From assembly GCA_049969215.1 (NCBI GenBank), contig JBMFPH010000002.1:1-53378 (forward strand): DNA of 53,378 bases. The letters are read 5' to 3'. The position numbers and the translations under genes are program-made. Within the stretch, counting starts at the first letter, position 1. The number at the start of each line of letters is the position of its first letter. This document shows, one piece after another, positions 47,730 to 53,378 of this stretch. This DNA is from Anaerolineae bacterium. GTDB lineage: Bacteria; Chloroflexota; Anaerolineae; 4572-78; NAK82. The notes under the pieces were generated by a model. The model saw only the letters and a list, made by a program, of their open reading frames with translations. It was not told where the DNA came from and searched no databases.

Positions 47730-48227
47730 GTGAAATACATTGCCACCATCGAAGACAAGGAATATGTCATTGAGATCAACCGCGCCGGCGAAGTGACAGT
47801 CAACGGTGTGCCCCATGTCGTCGATATGCAGAGCATTGGTCAATCGAGCTTGTTCTCCCTCCTGGTGGATGGTCGTTCCTATGATGTCTATATCGACGAG
47901 CGAGAAGAGCGTTACTTGCTTGTGATGCAGGAGGGTATCTTCGAAGTCAAGGTCGAGGATGAACGCACGCGCCGTCTGGCGGGCTTACAGCGGGCGCCGG
48001 TAGCACCGGTGGGAGAGGTTCTCATTAAGGCACCGATGCCCGGCGTGGTGGTGGATGTACCTGTGGTTGTCGGCCAAGAAGTGGCTGCGGGCGAACGGGT
48101 CGTCGTGCTGGAGTCAATGAAGATGCAGAACGAATTCAAGTCGCCGCGCGGCGGCGTGGTGCGCAGTGTGCGCGTCAAAGTGGGCGACCGAGTGGAACAG
48201 AATCAGATCTTGATCACGATCAGCTGA
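47730..48227 (+). CDS. biotin carboxyl carrier protein
   Basis: Biotinyl motif VVLESMKMQNEF near the C-terminus. GTG start preceded by GAGAGGA. Confidence 0.85.
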   Translation: MKYIATIEDKEYVIEINRAGEVTVNGVPHVVDMQSIGQSSLFSLLVDGRSYDVYIDEREERYLLVMQEGIFEVKVEDERTRRLAGLQRAPVAPVGEVLIKAPMPGVVVDVPVVVGQEVAAGERVVVLESMKMQNEFKSPRGGVVRSVRVKVGDRVEQNQILITIS

Positions 48228-48233
48228 GGCGAT

Positions 48234-48743
48234 ATGCATATCCGCTATGCATGCGTCCCTTGCCCTTTGGGATGGTTATTGCTCGCTGCTACAGAGTATG
48301 GCATCTGCTCTCTAAAGCTGGGTGACGAGGCAACTGAGCTGGAACAGCAGCTGTGTTATGAATTCGCCACGGCAGATCTAGAACGTGACGAGGCCGCTCT
48401 GCACGATCTCCTCGCGCCGATCCTGGCCTATCTTGAGGGTCGCTGCGCACCCCCTGTATTGCCTTTGGATGTGCGAGCTACCCGGTTTCAGGGGGAAGTA
48501 TGGCAAGCGCTGCAGCGCATTCCCTGCGGCCAAACGCGTACATATGGCCAAGTGGCAGCTACCATTGGAAGGCTAAACGCTGCTCGCGCAGTGGCGCGCG
48601 CGTGTGCCACCAATCCAGTTGCGCTTCTCATACCATGCCACCGTGTGGTGCGTGGGGACGGCGAGCTAGGCGGTTACCGCTGGGGAGCACAGCGCAAAGC
48701 TGCTCTGTTGCGTCACGAGTCAGAATGGCTCCACCGGATTTGA
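48234..48743 (+). CDS. ogt: methylated-DNA--protein-cysteine methyltransferase
   Basis: Active site IPCHRVV, preceded by TYGQVAA...ARAVARAC. Confidence 0.85.
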   Translation: MHIRYACVPCPLGWLLLAATEYGICSLKLGDEATELEQQLCYEFATADLERDEAALHDLLAPILAYLEGRCAPPVLPLDVRATRFQGEVWQALQRIPCGQTRTYGQVAATIGRLNAARAVARACATNPVALLIPCHRVVRGDGELGGYRWGAQRKAALLRHESEWLHRI

Positions 48744-48765
48744 AAAGAGCAAAGCTCTGTTCTCT

Positions 48766-49476
48766 TTATTCGAGGCGTTGCGCTAGCTCCTGTTCCAATT
48801 GTTTCAATGCGGCACGTGCAGCGGCCTGAGCAGCCCGCTGTTTGCTGCTACCTTTGCCCACACCATAAGCGCGCTCTCCGATAAGTGCAGCGACGGTAAA
48901 CACCCGCGCGTGATCGGGCCCTTCTTCCGCCAAAGTGCGATAGGTGGGGGTAATTTGCAGATAGCGCTGGCTGACCTCCTGGAGATAACTCTTGGCATCT
49001 TTATCCGCTTCACTGTTTATAACCTGCTCCAGAGCGGGTGCAATCAGGCGCGCCAAATAATTGCGTGCTGCTTCTAACCCTTGATCCAGGCATAGGGCGC
49101 CGATCAATGCTTCGAAACAGTCGCACAGGACAGCCGGACGTTCACGTCCACCCGATTCTTCCTCGCCACGCCCCAGCCGGATGAAACGGGACAGGCCGAT
49201 CTGTTGTGCCAGTCGAGCCAGCGTTTCTGTGCGCACCAGCGCTGCGCGCAGGCGGGTCAATTCCCCCTCACGCATTTCGGGGAAGTGGTGGTACAGATAT
49301 TCCGCCGTGACATAGTCCAGCACGGCATCTCCGAGGAATTCTAGGCGTTGGTTGTCCTCCAGCACAAAGTCTGGGTTTTCATTAATGTAGGAACGATGGG
49401 TCAGAGCACGAATCAGCAATGTGCGGTCGTAGAAGGTCAGACCAAGTGCAGATTCGATATAGTCAAGGTCACTCAT
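48766..49476 (-). CDS. rnc: ribonuclease III
   Basis: Signature NQRLEFLGDAVLD and a C-terminal dsRBD (...GKGSSKQRAAQAAARAAL). Confidence 0.9.
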   Translation of the reverse strand: MSDLDYIESALGLTFYDRTLLIRALTHRSYINENPDFVLEDNQRLEFLGDAVLDYVTAEYLYHHFPEMREGELTRLRAALVRTETLARLAQQIGLSRFIRLGRGEEESGGRERPAVLCDCFEALIGALCLDQGLEAARNYLARLIAPALEQVINSEADKDAKSYLQEVSQRYLQITPTYRTLAEEGPDHARVFTVAALIGERAYGVGKGSSKQRAAQAAARAALKQLEQELAQRLE

Positions 49477-50114
49477 AAATCGCCTCCGGCTGTGAGGAAT
49501 GCGGCACAGTGATCTCGGATGCGCGTAACAACCTCCTCGGTATCCGCGGTGAAGTGAACAAAGTCGAGTGGGTCGGTATCAATGGTGAGCACAGGGCACA
49601 AGGTGAAGGTTGCAATCCAGTGTTCGTACAATGTGTTGAGCTGTTCCAGATAGCTGGGCGAGATGTGTCGTTCGAAGCCGCGCCCGCGCAATGCGATGCG
49701 TTGCAGCAATACAGGCACAGATGCTTTCAGATAGACAAGCAGGTGTGGCGGCGGCAACAGTTGGCGAAGCACTTCGTACAAAGCGACATAGGTAGCATAA
49801 TCGCGCGTATCCATATGGCCTCGCTCATACAGATTGCGCGCGAAGACCTCAGCATCTTCGTAAATGGTACGGTCTTGCACGACCGGATGGGGAGTGCACA
49901 CTAACTCTTGCTGATAGCGCACGCGCCGTGTCAAAAAGAACACCTGTGAATGGAAGCTCCAGCGGCGCATATCAATGTAGAAATCGGCCAGATAGGGATT
50001 CTCCGCCACTGCCTCATAGAAAGGTTGCCAGTTCAACCGCCGCGCCAACAAAGCGGTCAAACTGCTTTTGCCCACCCCGATGTTACCGGCAATCGCTACG
50101 AAGCATTTGCTCAT
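49473..50114 (-). CDS. deoxynucleoside kinase
   Basis: P-loop IAGNIGVGKSSL, QDRTIYED (DRS-like) and arginine-rich lid LLQRIALRGRGFE. ATGA overlap with the rnc start. Confidence 0.85.
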   Translation of the reverse strand: MSKCFVAIAGNIGVGKSSLTALLARRLNWQPFYEAVAENPYLADFYIDMRRWSFHSQVFFLTRRVRYQQELVCTPHPVVQDRTIYEDAEVFARNLYERGHMDTRDYATYVALYEVLRQLLPPPHLLVYLKASVPVLLQRIALRGRGFERHISPSYLEQLNTLYEHWIATFTLCPVLTIDTDPLDFVHFTADTEEVVTRIRDHCAAFLTAGGDL

Positions 50115-50204
50115 TATCGTTTAGAATGGACGAACCTGTACGCTCATACCCAGCGAGGCATTTTCCACCACTGAGTCTCCACCAAACCCTAAAAGATCAA
50201 ATGA

Positions 50205-50846
50205 TCACTGTCCGTACTCGGTGGCGTAACGCTTGCGCAGTTTCTGCACCAGGTCGTCGGGAATGACATCCGGCTCGCCTAACTGCTTGGCAATCCATAC
50301 CGTGTGCGCGATATCTTCCACCATTACCGCTGCCTTGACTGCCGCCTCCGGAGTCGGGCCGACGGTGAAGACCCCGTGATTCTTGAGCAGGATGGCAGGC
50401 GACGAGCCTATATTCTCCACCACGACGCGACCAATCTCCTCGCCACCGATGAGTGCAAAACCACCACACGGGATGGTGCCACCGAACTCATCGGCGATGG
50501 CAGTCAGATAGACCGGGATCGGCTGCCCAACGGCTGCGAACGCCGTGGCGTAAGGCGAGTGAGTATGCACGATCCCAAAAACATCCCGCCGATGGCGGTA
50601 GATATAGAGGTGAGATGCCGTGTCAGAGGAATATTTTAGCTCACCCTCCACCACCTCTCCATCCAGCGTCACGATGACCATATGTTCGGGGCGCAAATCT
50701 TCGTAGCGTATACCGCTGGGTTTGATCACAACGTACCCGGTCTCGGGGTCACGGCCGCTCACATTACCGCTCGTCCAGGTCACCAGGCGATACTTGGGCA
50801 GCTCTAAATGCAAACGCCAGATCTCTTCACGCAATTGCTCCAGCAC
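50205..50846 (-). CDS. class II aldolase/adducin family protein, L-ribulose-5-phosphate 4-epimerase-like
   Basis: WTSGNVSGRD and VHTHSPYATAFA metal-ligand region. GTG start with GGGAG upstream. Confidence 0.8.
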   Translation of the reverse strand: MLEQLREEIWRLHLELPKYRLVTWTSGNVSGRDPETGYVVIKPSGIRYEDLRPEHMVIVTLDGEVVEGELKYSSDTASHLYIYRHRRDVFGIVHTHSPYATAFAAVGQPIPVYLTAIADEFGGTIPCGGFALIGGEEIGRVVVENIGSSPAILLKNHGVFTVGPTPEAAVKAAVMVEDIAHTVWIAKQLGEPDVIPDDLVQKLRKRYATEYGQ

Positions 50847-50946
50847 AGTCCTGTCACTCCCTTCCCACTTTCAAGTGAAATGAAACGGATCATCAGACAA
50901 GAAAACATGTCCAGATGGCTCTATGAGCTGTAGTATCTGAGCCATT

Positions 50947-51960
50947 TCAACCTGCACGTACTGCTTCGATGAAAGCCACCATATTCTCGACTGGAACGTC
51001 GGTCGGAATGTGATGCGACGGAGCGATGATGAAGCCACCCCCTCGCCCGATCTCATCCATCAGGCGTCGCGTCTCGTCGCGGATTTGCTGAGGAGTTCCA
51101 CGCGGTAATACGCTCTGAACGCTCATCCCTCCGTAGAAAGCAAGGCGATCACCATATTGTCGCTTCATCTCATACACATCCATAACATCCGGCTGGAACG
51201 GGTTGAACACCTGTAAGCCGAGCTCGATCAGCTCCGGGAACAGGGATTGCACTTTGCCGCATGAATGCAACATTGCAACCTTACCTGCTCGCCGAACCGC
51301 TGCGATCATTTGGGCCAGGCGCGGTTTGATAAAACATCGCCACAAGGCAGGGCTGAAGATCAACCCTTGCTGTTGACCCCAATCATCACCGAAGAGTACC
51401 CCATGGATATCGTAGCGCAATATCTCATCGAGCAGCTCCAGGTTATACGCTAGGATGGCATCGAAGAGCTCCCCCACCCACTCTGGGGCTTCCATCATAT
51501 CCACCAGCAACTCGGCCATACCGCGCAAGCTCCAGGCGCGCTCAAACAGAGAGAAACCGATGTTGACAAAGCGAAAACGCGTGGGATGCGCGGCGATGAA
51601 AGCGGGCAGCTCGGCGAAGCGACGAGGATCACGGGGATCGGGGAAGGTGTAACCTTGCAAGGAACGATCTTTCAACGGGTAGATCTCTGGAATACCGATG
51701 TCCTGATCGATGGTGCGGTTCCATACCACCCCAAAATCCTCGCGAAAGAAACCGGGACGCACCTCGGTGTACAGTGATGGACGGCGGATCGAATAACGCA
51801 CCATATCGTTGTCGATGAATTCATCCAGGTTGGTGGTGCCGTAAAATGCCTCCAGTTTGCGCGCAGCTCCACTCGTAAAGCTGATATAGTAAGGCACCCG
51901 GTCCGGCTCGCGATGTTGGACTGCATAAAGCACTCTTGCGATATGTCCTATGTCGTTCAT
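50947..51960 (-). CDS. uroporphyrinogen decarboxylase (URO-D) family protein
   Basis: VAMLHSCGKV...IELGLQVFNPFQPD...DRLAFYGGMS...IIAPSHH. Paralogue of 5304..6506. Confidence 0.7.
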   Translation of the reverse strand: MNDIGHIARVLYAVQHREPDRVPYYISFTSGAARKLEAFYGTTNLDEFIDNDMVRYSIRRPSLYTEVRPGFFREDFGVVWNRTIDQDIGIPEIYPLKDRSLQGYTFPDPRDPRRFAELPAFIAAHPTRFRFVNIGFSLFERAWSLRGMAELLVDMMEAPEWVGELFDAILAYNLELLDEILRYDIHGVLFGDDWGQQQGLIFSPALWRCFIKPRLAQMIAAVRRAGKVAMLHSCGKVQSLFPELIELGLQVFNPFQPDVMDVYEMKRQYGDRLAFYGGMSVQSVLPRGTPQQIRDETRRLMDEIGRGGGFIIAPSHHIPTDVPVENMVAFIEAVRAG

Positions 51961-51963
51961 ACG

Positions 51964-52893
51964 TCACTCTCGCGGCACATGAGTAGCGGTGCTAAGGAAT
52001 GCCTCCACTACGGGCCAAGTGGGAATCCCACTGCGCCCCCCAGGTCGTGTTGCTTTCAGAGCGGCGGTCGCTGAAGCAATCTGGATCGCCCGGGTAACCG
52101 GGTCGCCGCGTGCAATGCAGGCCGCGTAAGCGCCATGGAAAACATCTCCACAGCCAGTGGTGTCCACCACCTCGACGCGATAGGCCGGAAAGTGGTGCAC
52201 CTCACCCCCCCATTCGGCATACCAGCATCCCTTCTCACCAGCTGTCACCACACAGCAAGCACGGTCATGCCGTGCCAAGGCACGCACCATACGTTGTGGC
52301 TGTGCTTCTCCGGTCATCCGTGCAGCTGTTTCCACATCCACGATCAGGTGATCCACTTGCGGGATCAGTTCGGCCATGGCTGGTGCGCGTTCCTGTTCAA
52401 TGTCGGCTACCACGGGAATGCCATAGCGATGGGCTAGCATTGTGGCATATAGCCCACCTTCGCCGGCGGTGTAGTCCACAAAGAGCACACGGCACTGTTT
52501 GACCAGATCCTTATCGATCCGTTTCGGTGGCACAGGCATGTAACCCTCGGTAGTATAAAAAATAGTGCGCTCGCCGCTAGTCCGGTCAACGACGACCACA
52601 GCGTACACAGGACGTGCGTCAGGGTGGTACATCACAGGGGTACAGTCCACTCCTTCATGTTCCAGCGCCTCCAGAGTAAAGCGCGAGAGGGTATCATTTC
52701 CCAAGATAGCAAGGTAGGCAGTGCGTGCGCCCAGGCGTGCTGCGGCCACCAAGGCGGTACCAGTCAGACCGCCTCCTTGGCGTTCTTGGCCCTGAATGGG
52801 TGTCTTGGTGTTAGGGCGCGGAAACCGCTCCACATACAGCAGGTCGTCCACAGCGACGACCCCAAGCCCCAGAATATCCCACCGCACGCTCAT
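51964..52893 (-). CDS. PfkB family carbohydrate kinase
   Basis: DTTGCGDVFHGAY ATP/anion-hole motif and N-terminal GGLTGTALVAAARLG. ATGA overlap with the upstream aldolase stop. Confidence 0.85.
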   Translation of the reverse strand: MSVRWDILGLGVVAVDDLLYVERFPRPNTKTPIQGQERQGGGLTGTALVAAARLGARTAYLAILGNDTLSRFTLEALEHEGVDCTPVMYHPDARPVYAVVVVDRTSGERTIFYTTEGYMPVPPKRIDKDLVKQCRVLFVDYTAGEGGLYATMLAHRYGIPVVADIEQERAPAMAELIPQVDHLIVDVETAARMTGEAQPQRMVRALARHDRACCVVTAGEKGCWYAEWGGEVHHFPAYRVEVVDTTGCGDVFHGAYAACIARGDPVTRAIQIASATAALKATRPGGRSGIPTWPVVEAFLSTATHVPRE

Positions 52894-53378
52894 AACCCTA
52901 CGCCACCGAGCACCTCACGTGCACTTTTGCCGTCGTGAATGACAGCTTTGAACGCTTGAACTGCTGCTGTGATATTCCGGCCGTCGAAGCCCCAGACGTT
53001 GCGCCCGATGGTGGCACCACGCGCCCCGCTGGCAACCACTTCTGCCATCATTTGCAAAGCTGCTTCAAGTGTGTCGGTGCGTGGACCGCCCGCCGCAACA
53101 ATGGGCACCGAGCTCTCGGCAACGATCTCGGCATGAGCGCGCACATCACCACAATAAGGTACTTTGATCACATCCACACCGAGTTCCAGGCCACAGTGCA
53201 CGGCCCATGCGATATCCTCCGGCGTGTGGATGATCTCCAATGTCTGGGGATTGCGTGGGTAAATGTGCAATATGACTGGCAGCTCAAAACGAGCCGCATC
53301 GCGCACCAAGTCGGCGACCACTTTGAGCTGCTGCCCTTCGGTTTTGCCGTGCACAAAGGCAGCGATCGCGATGGCATC
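52890..53378 (-). CDS. class I (DhnA/FbaB/LsrF-type) aldolase, N-terminus outside window
   Basis: ORF is open to the window end. VDVIKVPYCGD (Schiff-base Lys region), VAAGGP, GATIGRNVWG. Confidence 0.7.
   Translation of the reverse strand, partial: DAIAIAAFVHGKTEGQQLKVVADLVRDAARFELPVILHIYPRNPQTLEIIHTPEDIAWAVHCGLELGVDVIKVPYCGDVRAHAEIVAESSVPIVAAGGPRTDTLEAALQMMAEVVASGARGATIGRNVWGFDGRNITAAVQAFKAVIHDGKSAREVLGGVGL

Overview
53.4-kb chromosomal segment, moderately GC-rich (not computed). I found no rRNA, tRNA, CRISPR array, transposase or integrase. Protein content (Thr/Pro-rich linkers, a PA14/PKD surface protein, the gene families present) suggests a Chloroflexota-like bacterium, but this is inference only. 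I call about 48 CDS. On the + strand: the 3' part of a DUF4445/RACo-like ASKHA protein; a LacI-controlled sugar locus at 1.1-9.6 kb (ABC transporter, URO-D-like protein, aldo/keto reductase, GH31); an argC-argB-argD-GNAT operon behind a promoter, structured leader and terminator; carB; nitroreductase and cupin. At 26.1-35.8 kb there is an apparently autoregulated operon: LacI, SDR, HAD, LarA-like, gnd, PFK-family, UxaE-like, DUF3524 glycosyltransferase. Further on come an MntA/HepT toxin-antitoxin pair, Hsp20, split formiminotransferase and cyclodeaminase genes, and a three-subunit acyl-CoA carboxylase followed by ogt. On the - strand: a Hanks kinase, an atypical OmpR-type regulator lacking the phospho-acceptor Asp, trmI, a hydantoinase-family gene, a 1175-aa surface protein, dNK-rnc, and a second sugar locus at the window end (AraD-like, URO-D-like, PfkB kinase, class I aldolase). 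Best second-look items: (i) an orphan, highly structured ~336-bp element at 44100-44435 between two outward-facing promoters; (ii) the attenuator-like leader ahead of argC; (iii) the LarA-like/UxaE-like/gnd operon as an unassigned sugar-acid route; (iv) paralogous URO-D-like proteins inside sugar loci. All family calls rest on motifs read by eye; no searches were run.
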